Shown here: piece by piece, positions 1 through 11,634 of the stretch
Numbering within the stretch: the first letter of the stretch is position 1
Layout of the letters: each line of letters opens with the position of its first letter
From: Alphaproteobacteria bacterium
GTDB taxonomy: Bacteria > Pseudomonadota > Alphaproteobacteria > Rs-D84 > SZUA-605
Length of the DNA stretch: 64,000 nt
Direction of reading: 5' to 3'
Assembly (NCBI GenBank): GCA_031549385.1
Contig: JAVBPW010000001.1
Location: forward strand, 64,001 to 128,000
Program-made: the position numbers and the translations under genes
Notes under the pieces: model-generated
What the model saw: only the letters and a program-made list of their open reading frames with translations
Told to the model about the DNA's origin: nothing
Database searches by the model: none

Positions 1-180
1 GCGGGAAATGTAAAATTCTCCACTGTCTTTTTTTGAGTTTGATGATTGTTGAACAAAGTCACCTTTTATATTTCTTGATTCATTTAAATATTCTTGAACC
101 CTGATTAATAAATCTTTATCTACGGCAGCGTATGAGTTAGCTGCAAACAATATAGTTAATGCAATTAATAATTTTTTCAT
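1..180 (-). CDS. lolA: Outer-membrane lipoprotein carrier LolA (5' part; runs off the window edge)
   Basis: Not in the ORF track. Manual translation MKKLLIALTILFAANSYAAVDKDLLIRVQEYLNESRNIKGDFVQQSSNSKKDSGEFYISR: signal peptide plus alphaproteobacterial LolA pattern (YLN..I.G.F.Q.....G.FYI.R[PG]). Confidence 0.7.
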   Translation of the reverse strand, partial: MKKLLIALTILFAANSYAAVDKDLLIRVQEYLNESRNIKGDFVQQSSNSKKDSGEFYISR

Positions 181-274
181 ATCTTTTCCTCTTTATACAT
201 ATGTACGTTGTATTATAAATTTGTATTCGGTCGAAAGCAAGAATATTATAAAAACGTGAAAATAGTATTAAAAT

Positions 275-301
275 AAAAAAGCGGAGATTTTCTCCGCTTT
301 T
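275..301 (-). terminator. Intrinsic terminator after rplQ
   Basis: aaaaaa-gcggaga-ttt-tctccgc-tttt hairpin flanked by A and T tracts. Confidence 0.8.
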
Positions 302-322
302 CTTTATTTTTCAAGTAATTAA

Positions 323-877
323 TTATTTTGATTTTTCGTTACGTTGAACTTTTGTAACTTTTGTTGAAGATGTAGCTTTTGAAACTTTACCTTTGTTCAT
401 GTCTGCTTTTTCTTCTTTCATTACTTTTTTATCTGCATGTTCTTCGTGTGATGATGAGATGGCCGCTTTTTTCATTGCTTCTGCTCTTGCTTTATCTGCT
501 TTTCCTTTTGCAGTTACATCACGGTCTACGAATTCTATGATAGCCATTGGAGCTAAATCACCATAACGGAAACCTGCTTTTAATACTCTTACATATCCGC
601 CATTTCTTTTTTCATAACGTTTTCCAAGAACTTCAAAAAGTTTTTTTGCAGCTTCTGGATTGCTTTTTAAAATGTCGTTTGCTTTTTTCTTTGAAGCAAG
701 ATCACCTTTCTTAGCAAGTGTTATTAATTTTTCTACAAAAGATCTTAGGTCTTTAGCTTTTGGTAATGTTGTTTCGATTTGTTCGTGAATAATTAAAGCT
801 GTAGCTAAATTTTCAAACATAGCTTTTCTATGTTCTTTAGTTACGTTTAACTTTCTTCCTTTCATTGCGTGTCTCAT
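323..877 (-). CDS. rplQ: 50S ribosomal protein L17 with a long charged C-terminal extension
   Basis: MRH...[18 protein letters not shown] motifs; follows rpoA. Confidence 0.98.
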   Translation of the reverse strand: MRHAMKGRKLNVTKEHRKAMFENLATALIIHEQIETTLPKAKDLRSFVEKLITLAKKGDLASKKKANDILKSNPEAAKKLFEVLGKRYEKRNGGYVRVLKAGFRYGDLAPMAIIEFVDRDVTAKGKADKARAEAMKKAAISSSHEEHADKKVMKEEKADMNKGKVSKATSSTKVTKVQRNEKSK

Positions 878-962
878 TTTATTTCCTTTTATCTTTTGCT
901 TTACGCGGATTAAACAAAAGTTCCTACCCAGTTGCCCAGTATAGGAACTATATTATGTTAAA

Positions 963-1982
963 TTATTTGTATGGGTCTTCGTATTTTTTTGCGAGTTCTT
1001 CTAGGTTTTCAGGTGGGAAACCAACTACTGTCATACCTAAATGAAGTCCCATTTGTTCAAGTTGTGCCTTGATTTCATTTAATGATTTTCTTCCAAAGTT
1101 TGGTGTTTTTAGCATATCATTTTCTGTTTTTTGTACCAATTCACCAATATATGTTATGTTATCATTCTTTAAGCAATTGTTTGCTCTTACTGATAATTCT
1201 AATTCATCTACTTTCTTTAATAACTTTGGATCGAATGGAAGAGATGCAGCTGCGTCTTGTTTTGTAACTGTTTCTTTTTCTTCAAAGTTAATAAATAATG
1301 ATAATTGGTCTTTCAAAATTCTTGCTGCATATGCTACACAATCTTCTGGTAAGAATGCACCATTTGTTTTTACTGTTAATAACAATTTATCAAAGTCTGT
1401 ATTTTGTCCTACACGAGCTGAGTCTACTTCAATTGCTACATTCTTTACTGGTGAAAAAATAGAATCAATTGATATATATCCTACTACTTGTTCTTTTGGA
1501 GCATTTTGTTCAGATGTTTTATATCCTTTTCCAGTTGTTGCTGTAAATTCAATTTCTAATTTTGCATCTGCATCAAGATTGCAAATTACAAAATCTGGAT
1601 TGATAATTTCTACATCAGATGGACATGAAATCATTCCTGCTGTTACTACTTTTGGTCCTGTAACTTTAAGAGATAATTTTTTGATACCTTCTGCATGTTG
1701 TTTAACAACTACTTCTTTTATATTCAATATAAAATCTGTAATATCTTCTTTCATACCTTTGATAGTTGAAAATTCATGCACTGCACCTTCAATTTTCATA
1801 CCTATGATTGCTGCACCTTGTAGTGAAGACAAAAGCACTCTTCTTAATGCAACACCCAATGTCATACCAAACCCTTTTTCAAGAGGAGCGGCTACTATTG
1901 TTGCAATATTATTTTTTTCATCTTTATTTTCCAATAAGATTTTTTCTGGTTTTGTTAAGTCCATCCAATTATGTTGTATCAC
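963..1982 (-). CDS. rpoA: RNA polymerase alpha subunit (GTG start)
   Basis: PLEKGFGMTLG, LELSVRANNCL, TPNFGRKSLNEIK motifs. Confidence 0.99.
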   Translation of the reverse strand: MIQHNWMDLTKPEKILLENKDEKNNIATIVAAPLEKGFGMTLGVALRRVLLSSLQGAAIIGMKIEGAVHEFSTIKGMKEDITDFILNIKEVVVKQHAEGIKKLSLKVTGPKVVTAGMISCPSDVEIINPDFVICNLDADAKLEIEFTATTGKGYKTSEQNAPKEQVVGYISIDSIFSPVKNVAIEVDSARVGQNTDFDKLLLTVKTNGAFLPEDCVAYAARILKDQLSLFINFEEKETVTKQDAAASLPFDPKLLKKVDELELSVRANNCLKNDNITYIGELVQKTENDMLKTPNFGRKSLNEIKAQLEQMGLHLGMTVVGFPPENLEELAKKYEDPYK

Positions 1983-2022
1983 TGCGTGCCTCCGTTTAAA
2001 TTAAAATTTTATATTCTTGGTA

Positions 2023-2436
2023 TTATATGCGGCGGGCTTTTTTAGGGCGACATCCGTTATGTGGAACTTTTGTAATATCTGTTACAGTATTTACTACTAG
2101 TCCTGCTGTTTGTAACGCTCTTAAAGCTGCTTCACGGCCTGATCCTGGACCTTCTAATTGAACGTCTACATTTTTCAAACCCATTTCCATAGCTTTTCTT
2201 GCTGCGTCTTCTGTTGTTGTTTGAGCAGCATAAGGAGTTGATTTTTTTGCCCCTTTAAATCCGTGACAACCAGATGTTGACCAAGAAATTACATTTCCAG
2301 CCATATCTGTGATTGTTACTCTGGTATTATTGAATGTTGCAAGAACTTTAGCTATTCCTGATACAATATTCTTCTTTACCTTTTTTTTAACGATTTTTTT
2401 GCCGTCTTTTTTTACTTCTTTTTTTACTTCAGCCAT
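2023..2436 (-). CDS. rpsK: 30S ribosomal protein S11
   Basis: ATFNNT, STPYAAQ, PHNGCRP motifs. Confidence 0.99.
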   Translation of the reverse strand: MAEVKKEVKKDGKKIVKKKVKKNIVSGIAKVLATFNNTRVTITDMAGNVISWSTSGCHGFKGAKKSTPYAAQTTTEDAARKAMEMGLKNVDVQLEGPGSGREAALRALQTAGLVVNTVTDITKVPHNGCRPKKARRI

Positions 2437-2438
2437 TA

Positions 2439-2816
2439 TTACTTACCTTCTTTCTTTTTTCCTGCAATTGCAACAGCTTTACCCTTACGAGTTCTTGCAT
2501 TTGTTCTTGTTCTTTGTCCATTTACTGGTAATTTTTTTGAATGTCTTATACCTTTGTAAGATCTTAAGTCTTGCATTCTTTTTATATTAACAGAAACTTC
2601 ACGTCTTAAGTCACCTTCTACCTTATGATTCTTATCAATGAATTCACGAATTTTTAAAACATCTTCATCTGTTAATTTATTTACTCGCAACATTGGGTCT
2701 ATTTTCAACTTCTTACAAATTTCTTTTGAAGTTGTTTGACCTATTCCGTATATGTAAGTAAGCGCGATAAATGTTGGTTTATCTGTTGGGATATTAACTC
2801 CTGCAATACGAGCCAT
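2439..2816 (-). CDS. rpsM: 30S ribosomal protein S13
   Basis: [23 protein letters not shown]. Confidence 0.99.
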   Translation of the reverse strand: MARIAGVNIPTDKPTFIALTYIYGIGQTTSKEICKKLKIDPMLRVNKLTDEDVLKIREFIDKNHKVEGDLRREVSVNIKRMQDLRSYKGIRHSKKLPVNGQRTRTNARTRKGKAVAIAGKKKEGK

Positions 2817-2926
2817 TTATACTCCTTTTTCGTTTTTTTTATTTTTTTTCTCGTTAAGTTTAAGACTTTTTTTAAAAAAGTCAAATAAAAACTCGTTATT
2901 CAAGTTTTTACTTTTGGGTAACGTTT

Positions 2927-4261
2927 TTATCTAAACCTTCTGTTATTTTGCATCTTTTTCAATACGCTTTCGTATTGGTATGCTAATAACTGGGTTTGTA
3001 TTTGTGTAAAGGTCTTTGTTATAACGTTACACACGATAAGCAATGTTGTTCCACCGAGGTAGAATGGTACAGACATCTTTGTTATCAAAAAGTCTGGAAG
3101 CAAACATATAAATACTAAATATGCTGATCCGAATACTGTTAATCTTGTTAATATAAAATCTAAGTAACTTGCTGTTTGTTCACCAGGTCTTATTCCTGGA
3201 ACAAATCCACCACTTTTCTTTAAATTTTCAGCTGTTTCTGTTGGGTTAAATACCATAGCTGTATAGAAAAATGCAAAGAACACAATTAATCCACCATATA
3301 TTAACATGTAACTCACTGAACCATGTTGTAAATGTTTCAATATCATTTGCAACCATTCTGGACCTTTACCTTGAGCTGTAAATTGAGCTATTGTTGTTAT
3401 TGATCCTAATAATGATGAAGCGAATATTGGAGGTATAACGTCAGCAGTATTTACTTTTAATGGTAAGTATGATGTTTCTGGACGACCAATTTGCATACCT
3501 TGTTTTGGATAATGAAACTGTACTCTTCTTTCTGCACCTTCTACATATGAGATTAATGCTACTACTGCAACTGCAAGTAATAAAATGAAGATTATTGCTA
3601 TTGGTGATAATTGTCCTACTTTTCCAAGTTCTAATGTTTTTAAAACTGATGATGGAAGATTTGCTATAATACCTGTGAAGATGATTAATGATGAACCTTG
3701 ACCAATACCACGTTGTGTGATTTGTTCACCTAACCAAACTACAAACATAGTACCACCTGTTAGAGTTAAGATTGTTGAAAATCTGAAGAATAATCCTGGA
3801 TTTATCACAGCTGGAATTCCATTTTGAACAATTGCTTCTAATCCAACTGCAATACCAAATGCCTGTATCATACAAATTACTAATGTTAAATATCTTGTAT
3901 ATTGATTTATTTTCATGTGTCCAACTGCACCTGATTCTTTAATAGCTTTTAATTCAGGAGATACTGCTGTTAATAATTGCATAATGATAGATGCTGAGAT
4001 GTATGGCATAATATTTAATGCTAGTACAGCCATACGTGATAATGATCCCCCAGAGAACATATCAAACATTCCCAAAAGACCACCTTTATTACTTGTAAAA
4101 AATTCTGTGATTACATTTGCATCTACTCCAGGAATTGGGATAAATGAGCAAATTCTGTAAACAATAAGTGCAAGTAAGGTAAAAATTAACTTTTTCTTTA
4201 AGCTTGTTGCTCTTGATAATGTTTCAAGAGAGAAACCAGCGCGTGTATCTATTCCAGCCAT
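2927..4261 (-). CDS. secY: Preprotein translocase SecY
   Basis: IMPYISASII, WLGEQIT..GIG, PGIRPG motifs; about 10 TM segments. Confidence 0.99.
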   Translation of the reverse strand: MAGIDTRAGFSLETLSRATSLKKKLIFTLLALIVYRICSFIPIPGVDANVITEFFTSNKGGLLGMFDMFSGGSLSRMAVLALNIMPYISASIIMQLLTAVSPELKAIKESGAVGHMKINQYTRYLTLVICMIQAFGIAVGLEAIVQNGIPAVINPGLFFRFSTILTLTGGTMFVVWLGEQITQRGIGQGSSLIIFTGIIANLPSSVLKTLELGKVGQLSPIAIIFILLLAVAVVALISYVEGAERRVQFHYPKQGMQIGRPETSYLPLKVNTADVIPPIFASSLLGSITTIAQFTAQGKGPEWLQMILKHLQHGSVSYMLIYGGLIVFFAFFYTAMVFNPTETAENLKKSGGFVPGIRPGEQTASYLDFILTRLTVFGSAYLVFICLLPDFLITKMSVPFYLGGTTLLIVCNVITKTFTQIQTQLLAYQYESVLKKMQNNRRFR

Positions 4262-4283
4262 TTCTTACCTTCCTTTCCTATTC

Positions 4284-4778
4284 TTATTTCTTTTTTGCAA
4301 CTTTTTTTGAAACTGGTTTTACAACTTCAATAACTGTTACTTTTCCACCAGCTTTTTCAATTTTTGCTTTTGCTTGAGCTGTGATTGCAGAAACTTCTAC
4401 GTTAACTGCAACTTTTAATTCACCATTTGCTAAAATCTTCATTGGATTTGCATTTGATTTTAATAATCCTAATGAGATGAATTCTTTTAAGCTTACTGTA
4501 TCTTTAATTCTTTTGCAATCTGATAGATTTTGAATGTCAGTTAAAGTAATTATTGTATATTGCTTTTTAAAGATTTTATTGTTAAATCCCTTTTTAGGTA
4601 TAACCATGAATATAGGTTTTTGTCCACCAGCAAAGTTGCTTAATCTTACACCTGTTCTTGACTTTTGTCCTTTGTATCCACGACCAGCAGTTTTACCTTT
4701 AGTTGATCCAATTCCACGACCAAGTCTCATTTTTCTGTGATGTGCACCATAATTGCCAGATATTTCATTCAATTTCAT
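4284..4778 (-). CDS. rplO: 50S ribosomal protein L15
   Basis: RLGRGIGSTKGKTAGRG, KIEKAGG. Confidence 0.98.
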   Translation of the reverse strand: MKLNEISGNYGAHHRKMRLGRGIGSTKGKTAGRGYKGQKSRTGVRLSNFAGGQKPIFMVIPKKGFNNKIFKKQYTIITLTDIQNLSDCKRIKDTVSLKEFISLGLLKSNANPMKILANGELKVAVNVEVSAITAQAKAKIEKAGGKVTVIEVVKPVSKKVAKKK

Positions 4779-4779
4779 T

Positions 4780-4968
4780 TTATTTTACCTCTTCAACTTT
4801 TGTAAGATGAGCTACTTTTTTTACTTGACCCAATGTTGAGTCTGTTTTTTTGTAAATTTTTGATTTACCAATTCTTCCTAAACCCATAGCTTTTAATGTA
4901 GCTTCTTGAGTTTTATTTCGACCAATTGTTGATCCTGTTTGAGTTACTTTTATCTTTTGTTCTGCCAT
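4780..4968 (-). CDS. rpmD: 50S ribosomal protein L30
   Basis: Size, S.IGR...Q..TL..MGL, KVAHL; spc operon position. Confidence 0.96.
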   Translation of the reverse strand: MAEQKIKVTQTGSTIGRNKTQEATLKAMGLGRIGKSKIYKKTDSTLGQVKKVAHLTKVEEVK

Positions 4969-4980
4969 TTCTTAGTCCTC

Positions 4981-5544
4981 TTATTCCTGTACACTTTCAA
5001 CTTTTGTTTTTGGTTCTTTGTTATCTCTTACGCTAACAATTTCAGATATTTTTTTACCACGTCTTTCTGCAACAATCTTTGGAGATTGCACTGTTGATAA
5101 AGCTTTGAATGTAGCTTTTACAATATTATGTGGGTTTGCACTTCCAAGAGATTTTGATACGATATCTGTTATTCCTAATACTTCAAAGATAGCTCTCATT
5201 GGACCACCTGCAATAATTCCAGTTCCTTGTGGAGCAGTTCTTAGTACAACTTTTCCAGCACCATATGTAGATGTAATGTCATGGTGCAATGTTCTTCCTT
5301 GACGAAGTGGAACTTTAATCATAGCTTTTTTAGCAGCTTCAGTTGCTTTTTTTACAGCGTCTGGAACTTCTTTTGCTTTTCCTGTACCATATCCAATATG
5401 ACCTTTTTGATCTCCTACTACAACAATTGCAGAAAAGCCAAAGTTTTTTCCACCTTTAACTACTTTTGCTACTCTGTTGATAGATATCAAACGATCAACT
5501 AAAGCGTCTTCTGTTCTTTCTCTGTTTACTGGATTTTTTGCCAT
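4981..5544 (-). CDS. rpsE: 30S ribosomal protein S5
   Basis: [19 protein letters not shown]. Confidence 0.99.
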   Translation of the reverse strand: MAKNPVNRERTEDALVDRLISINRVAKVVKGGKNFGFSAIVVVGDQKGHIGYGTGKAKEVPDAVKKATEAAKKAMIKVPLRQGRTLHHDITSTYGAGKVVLRTAPQGTGIIAGGPMRAIFEVLGITDIVSKSLGSANPHNIVKATFKALSTVQSPKIVAERRGKKISEIVSVRDNKEPKTKVESVQE

Positions 5545-5563
5545 CTCTTATTTCCTTTTTATA

Positions 5564-5917
5564 TTAAAATTTTAGTCCTGCTTCACGTGCAGCTTCAGCT
5601 AATGCTCTTACTCTTCCATGATATGGATATGCCCCTCTGTCGAAGTATACTTCGCCAATTTTTGCTTTTTTAGCAAGGGCAGCAAGTTGAGTTCCTACTG
5701 TTTTAGCAGCTTCTACATTATATGGTTTGCCTTTAAAATCTTTAGCTCTTGAAGAATAATAAACTAAAGTTTTGCCAGCTACATCGTCGATTATTTGTGC
5801 TTCAATATGTCTGTCTGAACGAAACACTGTTAATCTTAATTTAGAAGGATTTAATTTTTTTAAATTCCAACGATTTTTCTTTTTTCTTTTTAAAAAATCT
5901 AATTTCATATTCTTCAT
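5564..5917 (-). CDS. rplR: 50S ribosomal protein L18
   Basis: RLTVFRS, FDRGAYPYHGRV. Confidence 0.98.
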   Translation of the reverse strand: MKNMKLDFLKRKKKNRWNLKKLNPSKLRLTVFRSDRHIEAQIIDDVAGKTLVYYSSRAKDFKGKPYNVEAAKTVGTQLAALAKKAKIGEVYFDRGAYPYHGRVRALAEAAREAGLKF

Positions 5918-5929
5918 TTCATTTTACCT

Positions 5930-6463
5930 TTATTTCTTCTTTCCTTCTTTACGACGGATATATTGTCCTTTTTTGTGTATTCCTTTTCCTTTATAAGGTT
6001 CAGGCTTACGGAATTGTTGTATCTTTGATACTATCAATCCTAGTAATTGTTTGTCTGCAGAAATTAATTTGAATTCTGTTGGTGATTGAATTTCTGCTTT
6101 TACACCTTGTGGTAATTCAAATGTAACATCGTGTGAAAATGCTAAGTTAAGTTGTAGTTTATTTCCTGATAATGCTACTTTATATCCTACACCTTTTAAA
6201 ACAATTTCTTGTTCCCAACCAGTTGAAACACCTTTGTTAGCATTTGAAATCAATGAACGTAGTGTTCCCCACATTGTTCTTGCTTCTTGTGTTTGTACTA
6301 ATGGTGACAATATGATTTTATTATCAACTTTTTCAACTTTTACTTTATCTGAAGTAGGTATTGTTTGTTGACCTAATTTTCCTTTAACAATAATTTCTTT
6401 AGGAGTTAGGTTTATTTCTACACCTTCATTTAATATAACTGGTTGTTTTCCCAAACGTGACAT
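5930..6463 (-). CDS. rplF: 50S ribosomal protein L6
   Basis: MSRLGK, PEPYKGKG. Confidence 0.99.
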   Translation of the reverse strand: MSRLGKQPVILNEGVEINLTPKEIIVKGKLGQQTIPTSDKVKVEKVDNKIILSPLVQTQEARTMWGTLRSLISNANKGVSTGWEQEIVLKGVGYKVALSGNKLQLNLAFSHDVTFELPQGVKAEIQSPTEFKLISADKQLLGLIVSKIQQFRKPEPYKGKGIHKKGQYIRRKEGKKK

Positions 6464-6475
6464 CTTTTTCTTCCT

Positions 6476-6871
6476 TTAAAATACGTTACACAAAATTTCG
6501 CCGCCAAGTCCAAGTTTCTTTGCATTAGCATCTGTCATAACTCCTTTTGAAGTTGTAACAATTGCAACACCTAACCCATTATGAACTGATGGAATTTTTG
6601 TTGTTTGACTATATACTCTTCTTCCTGGTTTTGAAATACGAGAAATTTCTTGAATTACACCCGCACCATTAAAGTACTTTGGGTATATTTTCAAATCTGA
6701 AATTCCAGCTTTCTTTGATACTACTTCATAGTCTTCAATGAAACCTTCTTCTTTCAAAACTTTTAGCAAGTTTTCTTTTAATTTTGAAAATGGTGCTAAT
6801 ATAAATTCTTTTTTAGCTGATTGACCATTTTTTATTCTTGCTATTAAATCACCTATTGGATCTGTTATCAT
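6476..6871 (-). CDS. rpsH: 30S ribosomal protein S8
   Basis: DPIGDLIARIKN, SKPGRRVY, GGEILC. Confidence 0.99.
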   Translation of the reverse strand: MITDPIGDLIARIKNGQSAKKEFILAPFSKLKENLLKVLKEEGFIEDYEVVSKKAGISDLKIYPKYFNGAGVIQEISRISKPGRRVYSQTTKIPSVHNGLGVAIVTTSKGVMTDANAKKLGLGGEILCNVF

Positions 6872-6892
6872 TTTCTTATTCCTTTTATTATA

Positions 6893-7198
6893 TTACCAAC
6901 TTGATTTACGAACACCTGGAATTTTTCCATTACTTGCTAGTTCGCGGATTTGTATACGGCATAATTTGAACTTAGAATATACACCCTTAGATCTTCCTGT
7001 CAATTGACAGAAATTATGCAAACGGTTTTTAGCAGAACTTCTTGGTAATTTTGCAAGTTTCAATTGTGCTGCAAAAATATCTTCTGGTTTTGCATTTTTA
7101 TCTCTTGCTATTTTTAACAATGCAGTTCTTTTAGCATCATACTGTTTTACAAGCTTTCTTCTTTTTTGATCTCTTTCTAACATACAAGCTCTTGCCAT
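6893..7198 (-). CDS. rpsN: 30S ribosomal protein S14 (long, Zn-independent type)
   Basis: 101 aa; [15 protein letters not shown]. Confidence 0.98.
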   Translation of the reverse strand: MARACMLERDQKRRKLVKQYDAKRTALLKIARDKNAKPEDIFAAQLKLAKLPRSSAKNRLHNFCQLTGRSKGVYSKFKLCRIQIRELASNGKIPGVRKSSW

Positions 7199-7207
7199 AA
7201 TTTCTCC

Positions 7208-7759
7208 TTAGTTATAAAACGGAAAGTTAAAGTGAGTTAATAACGCTTTACCTTCTTCATTTGTTTTTGCTGTTGTACATATTATTACATCCATACCACG
7301 AATAGCATCCATTTTATCGAAGTCTATTTCTGTGAAGATGATTTGTTCTTTAATTCCAAATGCATAATTTCCTGCACCATCAAAACTTTTTGCGTTTAAT
7401 CCACGGAAGTCTCTTACTCTTGGAAGAGCTACGTTGATTAACTTATCTAAAAAGTCATACATTCTTTTCTTTCTTAGAGTTACTTTAACTCCAATTGGCA
7501 TTCCTTCACGTAATTTAAATGAAGCAATAGATTTTTTTGCACGTGCTGTTACTGGCTTTTGACCTGAAATTGCAATCATATCTTTTTCAGCTGCATCAAT
7601 CTTTTTCTTATCAAGAACAGCTTCACCAACTCCCATATTTAAAACTATTTTTTCTAGTTTTGGAATTTGTAAATCATTTGCATAACCAAATTGCTTTTTT
7701 AATTCAGCTCTTATGGTTTTTTCATATAATTCTTGCAATCTTGCCTTTTCCATTTTCAT
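7208..7759 (-). CDS. rplE: 50S ribosomal protein L5
   Basis: [18 protein letters not shown]. Confidence 0.99.
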   Translation of the reverse strand: MKMEKARLQELYEKTIRAELKKQFGYANDLQIPKLEKIVLNMGVGEAVLDKKKIDAAEKDMIAISGQKPVTARAKKSIASFKLREGMPIGVKVTLRKKRMYDFLDKLINVALPRVRDFRGLNAKSFDGAGNYAFGIKEQIIFTEIDFDKMDAIRGMDVIICTTAKTNEEGKALLTHFNFPFYN

Positions 7760-7770
7760 TTTCCTTTATC

Positions 7771-8076
7771 TTATATAACTTCGCCAGTTCTTTTTGAAAC
7801 GCGAACTTTTTTGCCATCTTTTTGTGTTTTGTAAGCTATTCTTGTTGCTTTTCCATCTTTTGGATCAATTAAAGAAACATTAGACACATGTATTGGAAGT
7901 GCTTTTTCTACAATTCCTGGAGCTTGTGTTTGTGTTGCTTTTTGATGTTTTTTTACAACATTTACACCTTCTACTAACACTTGGTTATCTTGAGGAAGAG
8001 CTTTTAAAACTTTTCCTTTTTTACCTTTATCTTTTCCTGTTAGAATAACAACTAAATCATCTTTCTTTATTTTCAT
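7771..8076 (-). CDS. rplX: 50S ribosomal protein L24
   Basis: KOW motif GKDKGKKG; IHVSNV. Confidence 0.98.
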   Translation of the reverse strand: MKIKKDDLVVILTGKDKGKKGKVLKALPQDNQVLVEGVNVVKKHQKATQTQAPGIVEKALPIHVSNVSLIDPKDGKATRIAYKTQKDGKKVRVSKRTGEVI

Positions 8077-8087
8077 TTTTTAATCCT

Positions 8088-8459
8088 TTATATCACTTCT
8101 GGTGCTAGAGATATGATTTTTGTAAAATCTTTATTACGTAATTCTCTTGCTACTGGTCCAAAAATACGAGTTCCTAAAGGTTCTTTATTTGTTGGATTGA
8201 TTAACACAACTGCGTTTTTATCAAAACGAATTGTTGAACCATCAGCACGTTTTACAGATTGTTTTGTTCTTACAATAACTGCTTTTTTAACTTCACCTTT
8301 TTTTACTTTTCCTTTTGGAATAGCTGTTTTGATAGATACTACGATAATATCTCCAAGGGAAGCAAATCTTCTTTTTGATCCGCCCAATACTTTAACACAT
8401 TGTACTGATCTTGCACCTGAGTTATCTGCTACTTCTAATACTGTTTGCATTTGTATCAT
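8088..8459 (-). CDS. rplN: 50S ribosomal protein L14
   Basis: [19 protein letters not shown]. Confidence 0.99.
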   Translation of the reverse strand: MIQMQTVLEVADNSGARSVQCVKVLGGSKRRFASLGDIIVVSIKTAIPKGKVKKGEVKKAVIVRTKQSVKRADGSTIRFDKNAVVLINPTNKEPLGTRIFGPVARELRNKDFTKIISLAPEVI

Positions 8460-8464
8460 AGTTT

Positions 8465-8713
8465 TTACGCCTTTTTATTTGATGGTTTCTTTATTACTTC
8501 AAAACTTTTTGTTTTTGAAATAGGTTTACATTCTTGGATGAACACTTTGTCACCTACTTGTGCTTCATTCTTTTCATCATGAGCATGGTATTTTTTATTG
8601 CTTTTTACAATCTTTTTATACAATGGGTGAGCAAAACGTCTTTCAACATTTACTACTATTGTTTTATCCATTTTTGTACTTACAACTTCACCTTGTAATA
8701 TTCTTCTAGGCAT
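8465..8713 (-). CDS. rpsQ: 30S ribosomal protein S17
   Basis: [20 protein letters not shown]. Confidence 0.99.
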   Translation of the reverse strand: MPRRILQGEVVSTKMDKTIVVNVERRFAHPLYKKIVKSNKKYHAHDEKNEAQVGDKVFIQECKPISKTKSFEVIKKPSNKKA

Positions 8714-8913
8714 TATTTGCCTCCTTTATTTAAAGCAGTTTTAACTTGTGCAATGTTCTTTCTTGTTTTTCTTATAGAACTTGTATCTTTTAATTGTCCT
8801 GAATGAGCTTGAAATCTCAAGTTCATCATATCTTTTTTCAAATCCATCAACTTTGTAGTTAATACTGACTTTGATGAAGTTTGTAATTTTGCTTGTTCGT
8901 CTTTTTTCAACAT
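8713..8913 (-). CDS. rpmC: 50S ribosomal protein L29
   Basis: NLRFQ...GQL....IRKTRKNIA; between rplP and rpsQ. Confidence 0.95.
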   Translation of the reverse strand: MLKKDEQAKLQTSSKSVLTTKLMDLKKDMMNLRFQAHSGQLKDTSSIRKTRKNIAQVKTALNKGGK

Positions 8914-8914
8914 T

Positions 8915-9328
8915 TTATTCCCCTAGTCTTTCTACAAATTTAGATTTGATTGGTAATTTTGCTGCAGCTAGCGCTAATGCTTCTTCTGCTACTTCTCTTT
9001 TTACACCGTCGATTTCAAATAAAATCTTTCCTGGATGTACACGACATGCCCAAAATTCTACTGCACCTTTTCCTTTACCCATACGAACTTCAGCTGGTTT
9101 CTTTGAAACTGGAACATCTGGAAATATTCTTATCCATACTTTACCTTGACGTTTCATAAATTTTGTCATAGCACGACGAGCAGCTTCAATTTGACGAGCA
9201 GTAACTCTTTCTGGTTGCATCGCTTTTAATCCAAATTGACCAAATGATAGTGTAAACCCACCTTTTGCATCCCCATGGATACGACCTTTATGTGCTTTAC
9301 GAAATTTTGTTTTTTTTGGCTGTAACAT
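8915..9328 (-). CDS. rplP: 50S ribosomal protein L16
   Basis: [18 protein letters not shown]. Confidence 0.99.
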   Translation of the reverse strand: MLQPKKTKFRKAHKGRIHGDAKGGFTLSFGQFGLKAMQPERVTARQIEAARRAMTKFMKRQGKVWIRIFPDVPVSKKPAEVRMGKGKGAVEFWACRVHPGKILFEIDGVKREVAEEALALAAAKLPIKSKFVERLGE

Positions 9329-9342
9329 TTACTTATCCTCTT

Positions 9343-10002
9343 TTATTTTTCTTCAACTTTTTTCGCAGTTTGTTTTTTATCTTCTTCTGGTTGTCTGTAA
9401 ATCCAAACTTTAACACCAATAATTCCATATGCAGTTTGTGCTTTTGCAAGTGCATAGTCTACGTCTGCACGTAATGTATGTAGAGGAATTGAACCTTCAC
9501 GGTATTCTTCTGATCTTGCAATTTCAGCACCACCAAGACGACCTGATACACGTGCACGAATTCCAAGAGCACCCATTTTTAATGTGCTTTGCATAGCTTT
9601 TTTCATTGCACGTCTGTATGAAATTCTTTTTTCAAGTTGTTGTGCAATACTTTGTGCAGTTAAATTTGCATCAAGTTCTGGTTTTCTTACTTCTAATATA
9701 TTTAATGACACTTCTGATTTTGTCATTGATTGTAATAATTTTTTTAACTTTTCAATATCTTCACCTTTTTTACCAATGATAACACCTGGACGTGAAGCGT
9801 GAATTGTTATAATAGCTCTTTTTGAAGGACGTTCTATTGTTACTTCTGCAATTCCTGCTGCTTTTAATTTCTTTTCAATAAATTCTCTTATTTTGATATC
9901 TTCTAATAATAAATCAGCATAGTCTTTTTTTGCAAACCAACGAGAAGACCAACTTTTATTTATTAATAATCTAAAACCAATAGGATTTACTTTTTGTCCC
10001 AT
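9343..10002 (-). CDS. rpsC: 30S ribosomal protein S3
   Basis: [14 protein letters not shown] domain, [10 protein letters not shown]. Confidence 0.99.
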   Translation of the reverse strand: MGQKVNPIGFRLLINKSWSSRWFAKKDYADLLLEDIKIREFIEKKLKAAGIAEVTIERPSKRAIITIHASRPGVIIGKKGEDIEKLKKLLQSMTKSEVSLNILEVRKPELDANLTAQSIAQQLEKRISYRRAMKKAMQSTLKMGALGIRARVSGRLGGAEIARSEEYREGSIPLHTLRADVDYALAKAQTAYGIIGVKVWIYRQPEEDKKQTAKKVEEK

Positions 10003-10003
10003 A

Positions 10004-10444
10004 TTATGCTTCCTTCTTTACTTTTGTTTCTTTTTTTGCAGCAACTTTTTTAGGAGCTGCTTTTTCTTTTTTTTCACCAGCTTCTTGTTCTTCAACAATT
10101 ACTGTTAAATTTGAGAATGGACGTAGTATTTTAAAAGCTCTTCCCTTTTGACGTGGACGGAATCTTTTTAATACCATAGCTTTTCCAACATAACATTCTG
10201 ATACAACTAATTTATCAGCGTCTAAACCTTGATTGTTTGTTGCATTTGCTATTGCTGATAGAACAGCTTTTTTAACATCAATTGCACTTCTTTTTGGTGA
10301 GAATGTTAAATAATTAAGAGCTTTTGCAACTGGCATCTTTCTGATTGCTGCTGCAACTAAGTTTAATTTTTGTGGAGATGTTGTTAACATTCCAACGTAT
10401 GCTCTTGTCTGTTTTTCTGTTAATCCATATCTTTGTTTTGACAT
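10004..10444 (-). CDS. rplV: 50S ribosomal protein L22
   Basis: [21 protein letters not shown]. Confidence 0.98.
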   Translation of the reverse strand: MSKQRYGLTEKQTRAYVGMLTTSPQKLNLVAAAIRKMPVAKALNYLTFSPKRSAIDVKKAVLSAIANATNNQGLDADKLVVSECYVGKAMVLKRFRPRQKGRAFKILRPFSNLTVIVEEQEAGEKKEKAAPKKVAAKKETKVKKEA

Positions 10445-10460
10445 ATTATTCTACCTTTTC

Positions 10461-10769
10461 TTATTTCTTTGCTGCTGGCTTTTGAGCTGGTTTTGCAGCT
10501 GCTTTTTTATCTGTACCACTATGTCCTGGGAATGTGCGAGTCGGTGCAAATTCACCAAGTTTTGATCCAATCATTTCTGGAACGATTAATACAGGAATAA
10601 ATTTATTTCCATTATGAACTGCTATTGTTAACCCTTCCATTTGTGGTAATATAACAGATCCACGAGACCAAGTTTTAAGTGGCTTTCTGTCATTTGTTTC
10701 ATTTGCTTTTTTTATTTTCTTAAGCAATGAAGGGTGAACATATGGGCCTTTCCAAATTGAACGTGACAT
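10461..10769 (-). CDS. rpsS: 30S ribosomal protein S19
   Basis: [19 protein letters not shown]. Confidence 0.99.
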   Translation of the reverse strand: MSRSIWKGPYVHPSLLKKIKKANETNDRKPLKTWSRGSVILPQMEGLTIAVHNGNKFIPVLIVPEMIGSKLGEFAPTRTFPGHSGTDKKAAAKPAQKPAAKK

Positions 10770-10783
10770 TAATTACTCCTTTA

Positions 10784-11617
10784 TTATTTTTTCTTAGCTT
10801 GGTGACGAGTTCTAAGAATAAAATTATTCGTTCTTTTATTTGTTCTTGTTTTCTTTCCACGTAAACCTTTACCTGTACGAGAAACTGGATGTTTACCAAA
10901 GTTTCTACCTTCACCTCCACCAAGAGGGTGGTCTACTGGATTCATAGCTGTTCCACGTACATGTGGACGTTTTCCTAACCAACGGTTACGACCAGCTTTT
11001 CCTAATTTTATGTTTCTGTTGTCTGCATTTGATAATGCACCAATTGTTGCAAAACATTCTGAATTTACTAATCTTAATTCACCTGATGCTAATTTTAATT
11101 GAACATGACCAACTTCTTTTCCAATTAATTGAGCATATGCTCCTGCTGATCTTGCTACCGTTCCGCCAGCTGCTGGTGATAATTCAATATTATGAACTAA
11201 TGTTCCAATTGGCATATTTTTTAATTTCATAGCATTTCCAACTTTGATATCAGCTTTTTCTGCAGATACAACTTTTTGGCCAATTTCTAATTTTTGTGGT
11301 GCTAAGATATATGCTTTTTCACCATCTTCATAAGAAATCAATGCAATATATGCAGTTCTGTTTGGATCGTATTCTATTCTTTCTACTAATCCTGGAATGT
11401 TGAATTTTTGTCTTTTAAAATCAACTAAACGATAAAGTCTTTTATGTCTTCCACCTGTATTGATTGAAGTATTGTGACCTTTATTATTTCTTCCACCAGT
11501 TCTGCTTAAACCAACTGTCAATTTTTTATATGGCTTACCTTTATGCAACTGAGAACGGTCAACTAAAACTACGTTTCGTTGTCCTGCTGTTGTTGGATTT
11601 AATTTTCTTAATGCCAT
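10784..11617 (-). CDS. rplB: 50S ribosomal protein L2
   Basis: [21 protein letters not shown]. Confidence 0.99.
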   Translation of the reverse strand: MALRKLNPTTAGQRNVVLVDRSQLHKGKPYKKLTVGLSRTGGRNNKGHNTSINTGGRHKRLYRLVDFKRQKFNIPGLVERIEYDPNRTAYIALISYEDGEKAYILAPQKLEIGQKVVSAEKADIKVGNAMKLKNMPIGTLVHNIELSPAAGGTVARSAGAYAQLIGKEVGHVQLKLASGELRLVNSECFATIGALSNADNRNIKLGKAGRNRWLGKRPHVRGTAMNPVDHPLGGGEGRNFGKHPVSRTGKGLRGKKTRTNKRTNNFILRTRHQAKKK

Positions 11618-11634
11618 CTTTCTTTTCCTTTATC

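Noticed and set aside
1069-2004. 311-aa plus-strand ORF and the many similar antisense ORFs
   Set aside because: Shadow frames of well-identified genes such as rpoA; no SD or recognisable motifs.
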